Source: Moniliella sp. 'wahieum'
Lineage: Eukaryota
Direction: 5' to 3'
Assembly: GCA_003971905.1 (NCBI GenBank)
Contig: RSEE01000006.1
Coordinates: forward strand, 372,001 to 436,000
Length of the DNA stretch: 64,000 nt
Position 1 is the first letter of the stretch, and every line of letters begins with the position of its first letter. Of this stretch, positions 1 through 13,600 are shown in pieces. The translations under genes were made by a program, and so were the position numbers. Under the pieces are notes generated by a model. It was not told where the DNA came from. It saw only the letters and a program-made list of their open reading frames with translations, and did no database searches.

Positions 1-614
1 GGCCAATGAGTGTGTCCAGCATCTCCTCTTGACCATCCGATTCATCCCACCGCGGTAGAGGATGTGGGTTTGGACGGGGAAAGGTGTGGACCAGGTCTGA
101 GAGGAAGTTAGCAGAGCGAGACCGCATGCTTCCAGGAGTTGTGGCAGATGGCGGTTTGGCACTTGAGGGTGCGCTGCTGGTAGTCGTAGTTGGGAGCGGG
201 TGTGGTGATGTAGGGCGATGACGAGGCGAGGATGGAAGGACGAGAGTAGCGAAGGATTTGAGGGCGCCAGGAGAGGGAGCCAGCCGACTGCCTTCGTCCG
301 TCGCGGAAAGGACAGCCAGAGGCGGCAAGGGGGTATTATGGCCGGCGCCACTTTGCCACCGCGGTTGTTGCGCTGCCGTGACGAAGGTGTTGGTTTCCTC
401 CTCCGTGTGGGCTGGAGACGAAGGCAGAGGCCGGGCCGGGGACAAGGGCCTGACGCGCTCCATTGGAATGGAGGTGGGGGGGCAGGGGGTGGTGGTGGCG
501 CTCCAAGATTCGAACGAGGGAACCGAGTGGGTAGGCTGGACAACCATGTGTGGCCACGCTGGAGGAGCTGGCAGGCGAGCGGCAGCTGGGACTGCCGGGG
601 CGAACGGTGGCCAT
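1..614 (-). CDS. Partial hypothetical protein running off the left edge
   Basis: ATG at 614 opens a Pro/Ser-rich ORF; a CTAAC...CAG intron 3' end lies near 97-112 on the minus strand; no recognisable domain. Confidence 0.3.
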
Positions 615-3202
615 TATTTTGCCTTTACACCCCCTCCTACTAGAAAACCAGACTGCGCACTAGTCAGACACATGGCCTGGGGCCAGTGTCCGCCGGGAGG
701 GGTGCGGGGGTGTCCGCGGGTGCACGGCGCCAGTGGCTGCGTTTGGGTCGACATGGGACGGAAGCGTATCTGAGCATGCCGCCGGGCCATGCCCCGCCTT
801 CCATGCGCCCCTCGCCGCTGACCGTGTGGCTCCGCCGGGCTTTGAACTGGGAAAGCAGGCGCAGCAATCGGCACTCGTAATCGGAGGCCACCATCGGTGC
901 CTAGCAGGTTGGCCAACAGTTGGCTTGCTTTTGGCCCCTGGCTGTCTTGAAGCGTCAGGCTTCAAGCTTCACGCTTCACGCGTCACGGACATTCACATCC
1001 ACATACGTGTCACGCGCCACGCCCCTGGCTTGGACAAGCTTTAGACCCTCTCTTACATGGCCCCATCGGTTGTCACTAATAGACACTCTGTTGCGCCTCT
1101 CAAGCTCCAAGGTTTCAAGCTTCGAGCTGTTCTGTCGCCTCCGGCATCCTCCGAGATGCGCCGCTGCCAGATGGGGAGAGGGGTGGTCGATGTGACAGCA
1201 AAAAGCACAGACGATCGGATCGCTTATAAATTGCTACTGCGCGCCACGGCACCAATTCAGATCATCAGAAGCTTAATAGCAAAACTCTGCATATGAGGTC
1301 AGCCAGTCCGGCCTGAAGTTGGTAAAGCTAAATACTGGTAAGGCTTGTTTGCACGTGTGTACACCATGTTACACGTTTACACAAGTGTGGAAGACCGCGG
1401 GGAACGCCACGGCGTTTGTGTGGCTAAAATACTGCTGATGCTGTGCCTTTTTTCGGCAATATACCATTGTTCTCCCGCGTCTGTCTGAAACGAGCAAGCT
1501 GTCCCATTTCTTCAAGAAAGTCTCAATCCCCACATTGGACACAGGTCGAGTATATATATCGCCTCAAAAGCATGGCACTGCCACAAAAAGCTGGAAGAGT
1601 CAAGTGCACGTGGACCACATACCACAACGCTATCAATAAAAGGGCTACCCTAGGTATCTTACACCCCCCAGCCGCATTGATCCATCTCTATCTCTTCATA
1701 TAAAAGTAGCCTGTAAGCTGTAAGGCATAATTTTCACCTACTATACCCCGATGGGAAAAGGGAGCATAATCGATTAGACTCTCTATTAGAAGTATCATCA
1801 TAAGGCGCAAGAGGCGCAGTCTTTCTGTACATTGACCAAGAGAAAAACGCCCCTGGATGCTGGGGCTCTCTTCTCATGCATCTCATGAGATGTATGGAAT
1901 TGTTGCAAAATCTGAGCGCGCGGCTAAAGCTGAGCCATTCGCATTCGCACTCGCACTCGCACTCGTGCTCCTCCTGCTCGCCTGCCGGCTAAGCGCTCAA
2001 AAAAGCTGAGCGTTGCCCACGCCGTTGATCTTGAGGTGTAAGACCGGAGGAACTCAAGGGATTGGGTGAAGAACCTCTGGAGATGTAGAGCAATGCAATC
2101 GCGATGGTGGTGGTTGAGGTCTAAGCCTTGTGCCACACCTAGAGACAGGGGTTCAAACAAGCCTGAGTATACACGTGGAGGCTTGGGAGGACAAATCAGG
2201 GGTGAAGGGTGATGAGACACCTTGGCCTAAGTACGGGACCACGGGTCCCAACATGAGGTGTTGAGCCACTGCGTGTGGGTGTGTGTTTTAGCCAACATCC
2301 CTTCAGTCCCTCCTCAGGCCCATAGGCCTAATAAGGGTTCCGTTATTTTCTCACTTCTCTTTTCCTTGTTCCGCAACCTATAGCCCCTGGTGGCGACTAG
2401 CTGCTTGATATTCGTCTGTCGGCGTTGCTGATAGATTTCCTTTTAGACAACCACCACCACGAATGCGCTGAGTCATCCTGGAGAGGACCATCAGGGCTCC
2501 AGATCTTATCATGAGGCTCAGCTGGACGTGCTCAACGTGCTCAACGTTCGTTGAACCGCCACCCCTGGGCAGCGTGAGGCCTGTTTTGCCAGCATGACAG
2601 CCTTTCAAGCCGGCTTACCTGTAACACGGCATAGGCATATGTCGGTAACCGTTATAAACGTTAAACGTTAACCGTTGACCAGCCTAACCCCCCACCACTG
2701 CAGCAGCAAGTACGCCACCGTGAAAGGATACCGTCAATGCAATGGGAAAATGGGCGTTTTTGTTCACATGAACTCTGCTAGCTGGCTGCGGGACGTCTAA
2801 GTTAAGCGTGGGAGTATTATAGGTGTGCTCTTCGCTATTTCACGTTTTGCGCCTCAGGCCACATGGAATGATGGGCCAGGTGGGTCAAGTTTTCTACCCA
2901 GCAGGGGGGCCCCGAGGCTTCAGCTGAAGCTTGAAATCTGAATATGATGGCGAAAGGGTGGACATCCGTCGGCGCGTGCTCTACTCTACTTCTCTACTAA
3001 GCGCCATGTCTCACTTCCGCGTACACCACCAGAAGGGGTCTGTTTGCGCGCGCACGTCTGTGCTACTAGTAGTTGCTATACGGAGTTGATCTTTAGGCCA
3101 ATATGAGCAGTTTGGCGCAATACATTACAGGCAAAAGCATGCATCCCAGTCGTAGCAAATATAAGAGCAATCGGGAGAGCCAAGTGGGTACGCAAGCTCT
3201 GC

Positions 3203-4075
3203 TCACATGTTGGGCGTCACACCCAGCGACTTGGCTTGGGTCCAGGTCGCATCGACGCGATCGAGCATGGCCTGAATCTGCCTGACAGCAGCTTTGCGAG
3301 CCTGGCGTAGCTCATCCGTCGGTGCCTGAACATTATCCAGGGACAAAAGCTGGCGCAACAAAAGTTCCGAAATCTTCTTTTGCTCCAACACGATTTGGTG
3401 CACGTTAAACCGCCCTGTGGTCACCGCGTTGGGTCCGGTCAAATTGATGGACTCGGGCGGCACTTCATGAGCGGCCTGCCTTGATGCCAGACCTTCCTCT
3501 GCAACAGCTGCGACACTCTGTTCTAGCTGCACCATCTCGGGGAAAGCTCGACCTGGGCAACGTGCTGGGCCGCCCGGATGCGACGCAGAATGCCTTCCTC
3601 CGACTGGTCCTCCTCGGCTGCCTTGCGTTTCGCCGCGGCAGCCTGCTGCGCCTCAAACTCAGGGGTAGGACGGTACTCGGGGAGGGGAACGCGGGGCTGA
3701 GCACGCGGCGCCTGTGCCTTTCGCCGCCCGGGGGGATGGTTGGTGCGTCGGCGCTGCAGCGATTGCCCACCAACGTCACGCAGTCCCCGTCGCGGAGACG
3801 ATACTGGGCCAAAGAGGCAGCGTCGTCGGTCATCCTGCCGGCCGGGGAAAAGACTTGCATCTTGTCGTAGGGCACCGATGTGGCTGCTTGGATCTCCTCC
3901 TTGAGGTCGGCGAGCGTGACGGGCTGCGGCTTCTTGGGCAGGCGGAGGGAGCCTCTGTTTGCCCCACTGGACATCGATGCGGTGGATGGGCGGGGGCGGG
4001 GGGCGGCGGGCGGAAGCCAGCGGGGCCCGTGCGGGTGGGCTGGCCCGAGCGCCAGTTGGGCAGCCAGGAGGACAT
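3203..4075 (-). CDS. BAG-family Hsp70 co-chaperone with N-terminal ubiquitin-like domain (BAG1/Bag101-like), frameshifted
   Basis: Ubl segment VTLADLKEEIQAATSVPYDKMQVFSPAGRMTDDAASLAQYRLRDGDCVTLVG; BAG helices ISELLLRQLLSLDNVQAPTDELRQARKAAVRQIQAMLDRVD. Confidence 0.85.
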
Positions 4076-4356
4076 GGTGGGCGGCTGTCTGCGCCTGCTC
4101 GTCCTGGGCCCAAGTGCGGTGGGAGCGAGCAGCGGCGGAATGCGGGGGCGGAAGCGGGCGCGGTTGAAGCGAGGCAGCAGCAGCTGGCGACGGTGGGTGA
4201 GCCGAGTGGTCGATGATCAGCTGCAGTGATGGATCACCCATGCCCCCACGCGCTGACGTACGCCGGCGCGCTCCAGCCTGCTGTCTCGACTCGGTGCCTC
4301 TTGCTTGCCAGGCAGCATCCACGCCACCGCCACCTCCACCTGCCCACCAACTACCC

Positions 4357-5303
4357 ATGTGCGTCCCCTCCCGTCTGCTCCGGGGTGCTGCCCACGCACA
4401 CGCGACTGACCGCTGTGACCGACAGGAAGCTGTGTGCGTTGCGCGCGCCCGTTCTGCTCGGAAGGAGTATACTGACTGACTGCCCATCTGCCCTACCCCC
4501 TAACCCTCACCCTGCCCCCACAGACGGCATCTTGATCTATGCCCAGCCGCCCGGCGGGCAGGCCGTGCCGCTGACCAGCGCATGGGACCTCACCACCTTC
4601 AGCTGGCTCCAGCGCAGCACTGTCCAGGACATCATGGCCTTATGGCCAAGGTGCGTGCCGTTCTCTCCTGCGTGTGACCTTGGCTGATCCATCCTGTCTG
4701 CCGCCCCCCCCCCCCCCCCGCGCCCTGCCCTGCCCTGCCCTGCCCTGCCGCTCTTCTCCTGCCTGCCTGCCATGCTAGACGGTGGCTGAGCGCACTCGTC
4801 CCACCCAGAGGCAGAGTGTGCAGCAGAACGAGTATGTCGCCCACGTCCATGTCCGCCCTGCCTCTGAGGGGATCAGTGGGGTGCTCGTCAGTGACACGGA
4901 GTACCCCACCCGTGTGGCCTACTCGCTGCTCAACAAGGCGCTCGACGAGTTCTCACTCAAGGTGCCCCGGTCCATGTACGACGCCCAAGTCAACCGTATT
5001 CTCTCTGGGGGTGCCCAACCTCCTGCCAAGGGCGAGGGCATCCTCAATGCTCAGAACGCTTTCCCTCAAGGCACCGAGTACTTGACGCGGTACCAAGACC
5101 CGCGCCAGGCCGACCAGATCATGCAGGTCCAGCAGCAGCTTGACGATACCAAGATTGTCCTGCACCAGACCATCGACTCGGTTCTGCGCCGTGGGGAGGA
5201 CCTGGACAAGTTGGTAGAGAAGAGCAGCTCGCTTAACGAACAGAGTAAAATGTTTTACAGTACTGCTCGCAAAACCAACTCCTCGTGCTGCACCATCATG
5301 TAA
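4357..5303 (+). CDS. YKT6: Longin R-SNARE Ykt6; exons 4357-4358, 4426-4433, 4524-4650, 4779-5303
   Basis: Spliced product MKLYGILIY...DLTTFSWLQRSTVQDIM...TVAERT...YPTRVAYSLL...YQDPRQADQIMQVQQQLDDTKIVLHQTIDSVLRRGEDLDKLVEKS...CCTIM (CCaaX prenylation motif). Three GTGCGT...AG introns; one missing base near 4640. Confidence 0.95.
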
Positions 5304-5581
5304 CCCGTTTGAGCCACCGCTTGTCTTGTCTCCAGGACCCTTCGCGCTGTTCCCCTTTTCCCCCTCCCGTTGGTATACGATCCTTGCTTCTATCTTATCT
5401 ATCTGCGGTTGGCAGGGCCATTGGTTGCATTTGCACATGCAGAGATTAGTCTGACCACCGGGGGACGCAAGGATGCTCAGCGCTGCTGAAGGGATACAAG
5501 TACCAGGATGGAAATCGCGTGTGGTGTGTGGGGGGGGGGGGGTGAAAATACGCGGCGGAGGGCCTCTAACCAGAGAAGATC

Positions 5582-8198
5582 TCACCCATAAAGTAAATTG
5601 GAAAGCTGTTCGCGCACCATGGCCGTCAGCTCGTCTTGCTCGGTCGAGTCCTCGTCTGCCTCTGGCTCGTACGACCGGACCAACGTGTCCGGTACCTCGT
5701 CCGGCTGCACCGTCTGCCACGCGGGCGAAGGCGGAGAGGGAATGTGCTCCATGTTTTGATAGTACCGCGCCAGTTGGTCGGTGATCCGGTCCAGGTCTTG
5801 GCCTAGCTCGGCCGCTTCAACTGCAGCGGGACCCATGGGAGGGGGCAGGGGCAGGGCTCGTTGTACTCTCCGCCGCCGGGGGATCATCCGACCCATCAGT
5901 TCCACTGTTCTGTCGCTTGGGTGCGCGGAGCATCCGAGCAGCAGGAGAACGTGGGCGCCGCTGTGGCTTTACGCGAGGTGTCCTGCGAACAGGCGTAATC
6001 TCCACCCACCTCGTCCGAGGACATGCCAAGGTCGATCACCTCCCCTTGCGTCAAACGTGGAGTTGGACGGGAAGGCATGGAACCCACACCCTGTGCAACT
6101 TCCTTTTCCTCTGGATCATCCTCTTCGTCACTGGAAATGACCAGTACGTCGGTGGTCGGGGGAACGACGACTTGTTGAAGCACACATTCCACCTCGGAAT
6201 CCGACGTGTCTTCCGGCCTCGCTCATCGCTAGGTCGGATCGAACTCTTGAGGGTCTGGGATCTTTGGGATATGGGCTTGCCCGAAGGAATCGAACGTGGA
6301 GCACTCGACGGTTCAGGGATTCGCCTCTTGGGCGAGCCATGCAACGTTTGCTTATCACGATCTCCGGCTTCATCGGAAACGGGCGCCTGCTTACCACGCA
6401 CTTTGGCTGCATCTGAAAGTGGTAGGGGGATCAGCACCACATCAAGAGATAATGGAGGATTGTGGAGCTGCAACGTACTGGCTGAGCGACGGGCGTGGGT
6501 GAAGGTAGATGCAAAATGGAGGGACGTAGGCATGCTGGGGATGGGGGGTGGTTCGGCTTCCTGCTCCTGTTGTTGCGCCTCCAGGGAAGGGGGAAGCATG
6601 CCCCGTGCCCGGGCGCGTCGGGCCATGCGGTCTGGATCTCGTGGGCGATAAGAACAGGAAGGACGGGAGTCTTCTGGCAAGGATGGTGGGGTCGTGACAG
6701 AGGCGAGGGAGCCTAGCAACCGCTGGCTCAGCTGGTGGGAATGACGATGGGGATGGGGATGGGGATGCTGAGGGGCATGCGAGTGAGAAGGGTCAGAGGG
6801 GACGAGGCGGTTGCCCAACCGATCCCAGCGAAGATACAGGTTGTGGGAGGAGTGTTGGGCAGGAAAGGATCCTGCCTCCGTGCTGGCCGCTCGATCAAGT
6901 TCCAACTCGGACCCAGACGTAGACTTGGAGAAGGGGTATGAAGTCTTTTTCTTGGACAGAGAGATTGTTTGGGCACGAGTTGGATCGGATTGAGGCAACT
7001 GTTTAGCTTCACTCTTAGACCGTTTGGACGCAGGGGACGAAGCTCGGCCTTTCTTCCCTCGTTTTCTCTTGCGGCGGCCAGCCCGTCCATCACACCAATG
7101 CACGTCGGGGTCCCGCACAAGCACTCCATCGGTTTCGAGACTGACTTGAAGCTTTCCCAAGCTAGCAACACCCCATATGTCAGTACTGTCGGGACCCAAC
7201 CAAGGGGAGAGGAGGAGGGGGAGGGGGAGGGGAGGGGGAGAGCGTACAGTAATCATATGTCAACTCTTCTCCAGCGGCAATGTCACGGGAAGCAAAATCC
7301 CATCTCAAACTCGGCCGAGCGCGGTTCGTCGTTTCCATAGAGGATAAACTTTTGCAGGTAGCCATTTGGTTCGCAACTGTGATTGGCAAATCGGGCGCGG
7401 TTCCCCTTGATGGCCGAGTCAAGATACTGCTTTCCGGCGGGGTCGTAGACAACAATGTAAAAGTTGCCCAGCTTTACATAAAGTTGGGAAACGCGGCGTT
7501 GCATCTCGAATTGGTCGATCACTTCTCCACGGTACTCGTCAATGAGTTGACCCGATGCAATCGGCTCGAGGGTGAAGAGACCGTAGCCTCGATTGCCCAC
7601 ACGCTTGACTTCGCAGCGCGGCACGGGCCGGGTGTAGAGGGGCCCGTTAGTACAGCGCTCGCCATTGCGACACAGCGTTGGGTCGCAGAGGATGGACAGA
7701 TTGCGGTTGATGCACGCGTCGCCACAGTGGTCGTCCCCTTGGGCGGGGCAGTCGCACTGGTTGGCGGGAGCATCAAGGGGGGCGCAGTGCCATTCGTTCC
7801 GCGGCAGAAAGCGTAGCGTGGAGGCGCATCATCACCGCGGGGGAAGACGGTGAAGGCAGCCTCGGGGGTGAGATGCTGCGGCGGGGGAAGGGGTGCGCCG
7901 TATTCGCCGCCAATGGCGAGGGGTGGTGGCGGTGGGCGTGGGCGCAGCAAGCGCCGACGCCAGCGTGTACCCGAGAGCGGAGGAGGCTTCAAAGGTGGCG
8001 CTGAATTCATAGTCGGAGGGCAGGTCACTGAGCTCGGAGCCCGTGTCGGAGAGGTCGGAAGAAGAGGGCGCGGGGCTTGCCGGGACCTCGGTGCGGCTGC
8101 TGCTGGCCGGCGGCGGCGTAGTTGTTGTGACGGGGCAGGGGGCTATGGCGGGAGGGGCTGCGTCCCACGGCGGGCAAGGGGATGGCGGTGACGGCCAT
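5582..8198 (-). CDS. AWS-SET-postSET histone lysine methyltransferase (H3K36, ASH1/Set2 class) with long disordered C-terminus
   Basis: AWS QCDC...CGDACINR...LCDPTLCRNGERCTN; SET RGYGLF...IDEYRGEVI...GNRARFANHSCEPN...ELTYDY; intron 7162-7247; post-SET CLCGTPTCIG. No Set2 WW/SRI domain visible, which favours ASH1-like. The 3' end is uncertain. Confidence 0.85.
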
Positions 8199-8473
8199 CA
8201 CGCGTGTCGTGGCGGGCGTGGAGGGGGCGCGCCGGCTAGCGGGGGCGGGGCCCGGGGACGGCCGACGAGATGGTGGGGCAGGCCGGCGGCGGTGGGGCTG
8301 CCTGTTGAGCCGAACACAAACACGGCGTGGAATGTTTTGTAATGTTCAGCCCCGCTGCAATTTCATGCCCCGACCGCCGCGATAGCCGCGATAGCCAGCC
8401 ACGCGAGAAGTTCAGTGCGGATATATAACCACCGGACTCCACGCCTCCCCCCGCCGCCCCTCCCCCCGCGGCC

Positions 8474-10428
8474 ATGCTCGCCCATCTGCCCGTCGAGGTC
8501 GCCGTCCAGATCCTCGCGGCGCCCATCCTCACCCCCTCCGACATCGCCCGTGTGGCCCAAGTCAGCCGCGCCTGGCGCTCCGTGGCCGCTGCCGAGCCTC
8601 TCTGGCGCGCCCTCGCTCTCCGCTTGCGCCTCGTCCCCGCTGCCGCCCACCGCAAGGGCCTGTCCGCCGCCGTGCACGCCGCCGATCTGGCGCTGGCAGA
8701 TGTGGTGCCGGACGTGGCAACCAGCTGGCGTGTCTGGGTGCTGCTCCAACTCAGTCTCGCGCGCCAATGGGGCCGTGCCAGCAGCGATGCTCCCACCGAC
8801 ACCCCCTTGCCCTTCCCCTTCCCCCTCGTCCGCTCCACCCTGTCCACACGGGGACTGCCTTCCTTCTCGCCCGGGTCTCCCGGCGCCTCGTCAGGCGCGG
8901 ACAGCGGATTTGTGCTGGTGCCCGAGCACCAGATGTTTGTTGTTTACAACACCACGCTCGGCCTCTCCACCCTCGATCTCGCCTCCCACCAGCGCATGTG
9001 GTCCGCACCCTGCAGCCCTGGTCAGATGGTGCACCGTGTCGCCGCTGGGCGGGGTGTGGTGATTGCCCTCACCTCTTCTCCCTCCGAGGGAGAACATCGT
9101 AAACTGATGGCCCAGATCTACACCACCCACTATACTCGCGAACGGCTCGGGTGGGGGCAGCCTGTCGCGCCGGGCCACTTGGTCCACTGGGCCGATGTGC
9201 CGATCCCCTTCCGCCCACGGGTCTTCAGCCCGAAGACACGGGACCCAAGATCCGATTTCACTATCCTGTCGTTGCGTACGTCCGTCGCCGCCCCCCCTTG
9301 CGTGAGGTAGGTGCGACCAAATTGACCGATTCGCCTGTCGCTCAGAATCTCACGCGGAATGGAAGTGTTTTTCATCGATGCCTGCACGCCAACGATCATC
9401 CGCACACAACCCTCCGTGAAACAGGGTGGATTGTAGGCTTTGAATTTGACCATGCCCAGCTGTTGGCCATTGTACAAACCTTTTCCGCCGTGCGGGAGCT
9501 GCGTGCCATCCGCTTTGGCAAGCACCCGCAGGGGACGGAAGACCACAGTCTGCCCATCCTTTTCCCCACCCTTCCCCTCTGGCATGCCGACTTTACCCGT
9601 GCCAATACCGAGACGGGCACCTCTACGCCCGCCGATGTCGCCTGGAAGGTCAATCGGGACGGCAGCGTGCCCGCCCGGGAGGCAGACCTGGTATTGGAAC
9701 ACACTAACTTCCGCCCCGCGCGCTATTGGTATTGGTCTACGCTTGAGCTAGACCTCGAGGCCAATCTGCTCTGCATGGTGGGTCGCTTCAACAAAAAGGA
9801 TCCATCGCTCAAGATTGTTGTGATCCACAACTATCAGCATACCCTCTTCTCCTCTGCCAGTCACATGGCTCCTACCCCTGTACAGCCAGCAGACCTTGCA
9901 AGTCCAGATCGGGCGCCCCCACCACATTGGCTTCCCGTCCCCGAGTGGGACCAGGACACGGAACAGCGAGCGTCGTTGCCCTCTTCTCCTTCACCCACTT
10001 CCGCCGGTCCCAGCTTTGCGTTATCCCTCCAGGGTGTGGAAGCGAGCTACCGTGCTCGAGACAAGCACCGCCCCCTTTTGTCTCTCTGTCCTTGGGGGGT
10101 GCTGTGGATCGGCCACGGTCCGGTCCTGCTCTCCTTTACCCACACCAACCCCCCCGTTCGGGCCGTCGTGCTGTCTCTGCCACGTCGGGCGCCGCTAGGC
10201 GCGGGACCGGACCTGCTGGAAGCAGCTTCGGAACCCAGTGCGCCGGGCGTCCGCCTCGCTGCGCTCGCGGCGGCTCAAGCGCAACGGGAAGCTCGGTTGT
10301 GGGACCAGGGCTTCCGCTTGCCTGACGGTGCCTACCTCACGCGCACAGGCGCGTACGCGATGCTGACGGCCTCCCAGGACCCACGCCGCGCGTGGGTCGC
10401 TGGGAAGTGGAATTTGGAGTGGTCTTAG
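8474..10428 (+). CDS. F-box protein with unrecognised C-terminal region (one frameshift near 9200-9300)
   Basis: N-terminal F-box LAHLPVEVAVQILAAPILTPSDIARVAQVSRAWRSVAAAEPLWRAL; continues into overlapping ORF 9151-10428. Confidence 0.75.
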
Positions 10429-10672
10429 TGCGCTAAGCGACTTGGCCAGCCCAGGTGCTCGCACCGCTCCCGAAGCCGAGACGCCACCGACGGCACTGCC
10501 ACCCCCGGTCGAGTCGGCGGTGCGTCGATGTTATGCTTGGGAGCTGGGCTTGTCGGCTTGGGCCGCTGTTGACGCCGAGTCGGTTGCTCAGGCTGTCGAG
10601 GCACGGCCGAGCGGGTAGAGCTTGGGCGGGATGCCGATCGTGCTGCCTATTTGTCTCTTGGTGAGGCGCGCT

Positions 10673-13600
10673 TCAAGCTTCATCGATCATCATTAATTCT
10701 TCATTTATCTCGATCGAGCTCATATACATGTCACGCGCACGCGGCTCTTTCAAACCTTCTTGGACCAGCCGTAAATATAAAACAGGGTGAGGGAAGCCAT
10801 GCTGAGGGGAGCTAGGATGGGACGGAACCGAACGACCATAAACGCTCCTCAAAGCTGTCGATCTGTTGGCGCGCTTCATCGACGCTTGAATGTCGGGGAG
10901 AAGAGAAGAAGGGCGTCTAGGAGTTCCCGTTCGCGAACCCCGTCCGGGCAAGCCAACTTACCAGCCCAGCCAGTTGTTCGGGCGTGTCAAATGCAGCCCA
11001 TCGGCGAGGACAGTATACCGTACCCAGCTCCGCCTGGGCACGAGCAACCACCGTGGCCCAGCGCTGGGGGGTCTGGGCCCAAGCGCGCATCAGTTGAGCG
11101 GACGCAACATCAGAGGTCTGCACCAGGAGCTGGCCCACTCCTCCCCCCTTTAACGTGTCATCAAAGGCAATAATACTGTCGAGCCACCAATACTGGTTAT
11201 GGAACCGATCCTTGCCGAGTGGACGAACGCAGGTCAGTACGACCAGTGGCAACCAATCTCCACCAATTCCTTGTGCGTATTATCCAGATCCGCCAGCCCC
11301 TTTTGGCATTGCGCCAAATCCGGGAGGCGCACAGGGGCAGGCATCGGAGCAGAATCGACAGTAGACGGCTTGGCCGGTGCTGGAAGATGAGGAGAGGCAG
11401 CAGTAGCTGATGGCATTGGACATGCAGTAGGCCGGGGGCGTTTCTGGACAGGTTCAGGAGTGGATTGCGATAGGGACGGCCAATGGACGAGGGATCCAGT
11501 ATAGGGTCATCTTTAGCCATAAAAGCCAAATTGGGATTGGCCACATTCGGCAAAACCTCCGGGAGCTCAGGTGAGCGGGGTGACGGTGGGATGACGGGTT
11601 GCAGGGGTTCAAGAGGAGGCACAAGGGACTTCCGTCCCAGCGGCAAAGACCTAGGGAAAGGCGCAGATACCACGGAGAAGCAGGCGGAGTCGAGGCTGAG
11701 CTGATTTGGACCACGGTCGCATGCTGCTTTGAGGCGGATGCACCAGACAAAGAAGTGTTGGCGCCATTCACAGAGCCAATGCGCTGCGAATGAACGACAG
11801 GATGTGCGGTGCAGGCTTCGCGGGTTTAGCCAGCGCTGTGTGTGTGCATGCGCGGGTTTCGCTCTTACTAAATCCGATTGTTGCCTTCCGAGATGAACCT
11901 GAACCAGGTTACGGAGTTTCTTCTGGCGTTCCTCGATAGCACCAATGCGCTTAGTATTCTGGTCGTGCGCGGCCCGAGCTCGGCTAAACAGTGTGCGCAC
12001 AGGCTTGGTGCCCAACACGTTGTCGATCAGGGAAGAGACAATGAACAACCTCTGGCTGAATGACAGAGCAAGTACCGTTCGGTAAGGTGAACGCTAAGCG
12101 GGGTCTGGGCCGCGTCCCGAGGGGCAGTGGGATATAATTCCAACTCCCGCCGAGTCAACGTCCTCACCACCTCCAGCACGTCCGTTTGGCCCTTGACACC
12201 CTGCACCATAACTTGAAGGATCTCCTCCCAGGTCGGCAGACTGCCAGGTTCGTCTAATGGCTGGGGAAGGTCCTCTGGGTGGCACGAGCCGACGTACCCG
12301 AGCAGGGCGTGTAGCCAGCGGATCTTCTTCCATGATGAATCAATCAGTTCCTTCTCCCACGTGTGGCCCAGAGAGGCACAAAGGGTCTTGGCATCTTTCC
12401 ACAGTTGGTCTGGAGGCGTGGGTTCAGGGACGGCGGTGGGTTTCTCAGTCTTTTCCGTTCCCTCCGCCCTGTCCTCTTCTGGTATGTAGACAGGGTCCGC
12501 CCTAGTGCCTCCGCCATCAATATGCTCGGCCTTCTGATACGCCTGAACCACTTCAGTGGCAACGCGAGCGGTCGCGGTAGATAGGTCCGATAACCCATTT
12601 ACACAGTCCTGGTTTTCCCGGTCAATGGCAAGCGCTTGCAACAACAGCCCATGAATCGCAGCCAGCAACGGAGGTACAGTTGGCAAGGTCATGGCGCCAG
12701 GTTTCCCCAGATCCACTGGGCTGTACTGTAGAGCCAAAACCAGGTCATCTACCCAGAAACCATCCAGTCCGAGAACAGGGCCACAACTTGTCAAGGCGTG
12801 CCAAGCGAAGATGACACGTTCCAACTCAATAGGACGCAGATGACGGACGAAATTGTACTTGGGAGGGAGAGATGGAGTCCTGTCGGTCCCGTCGAATGAG
12901 GCGCGGGGGTACAGGTCCATGGCACCCGCTTCGACCGTGGCATTTTTGGGCAAAAAAGTCATGTACTTGATTGAGGGGAGCAAGAACAAACTGAGGTTGG
13001 CGGACGAACCGCGTTGGCTTTCCTCCGTAATTCCAGATCCTCGGCCGGCGGCCGTGAATAAAGCGGGATTGACGGATGCACCACGTTGGCTTGCCTTGAT
13101 AATCCCTGGTCTTCTTTGTCCACGGTTGGTGACAATAATGCCGGAGACGCCGATGGATGGGCAGTCGCCTGGGAATTGTGATGTAATGCAGGGTCTGGCG
13201 CTTCAATGACGGCAGGGTTGGTGGTTTGTGGAGGGGGTTGAAAGGGGATGGACCCCAGGGAAGGTATATCGTGAGCGGAAGATTGAATGTTGCCCTGGGG
13301 GTGAGTTTGATTGGCCGGAGCCAATACCTGGTTCCCTGAGGAGGGAACGGGTGTGGTGGACAGAGCACGTACATCGAGTGCAGTGGACGTGTCAGGGTGA
13401 GGAACCAGGACTGCTGGGTAGGTAGGGGATTGAGAAGGTTGAAGGGGCGCCGGATGTGCGGAGGCGACTCCCCGGAGTAGGGAATCGAATGCGGGCGAGT
13501 CTGGAAATGTTCCGCAATGGGCAAGGTTAGCAGCTGGCGTACACACTCATGCGCGTAAGGGGCGGGAAGAGCTGGAGGAGGCGAGTTCGATGTGTCCCTC

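Noticed and set aside
532..2686. Complete DNA transposon bounded by TAGGCTGGACAAC (532) and its inverse ending at 2686
   Set aside because: No target-site duplication, no transposase, and the left copy lies inside a probable CDS; likely chance.
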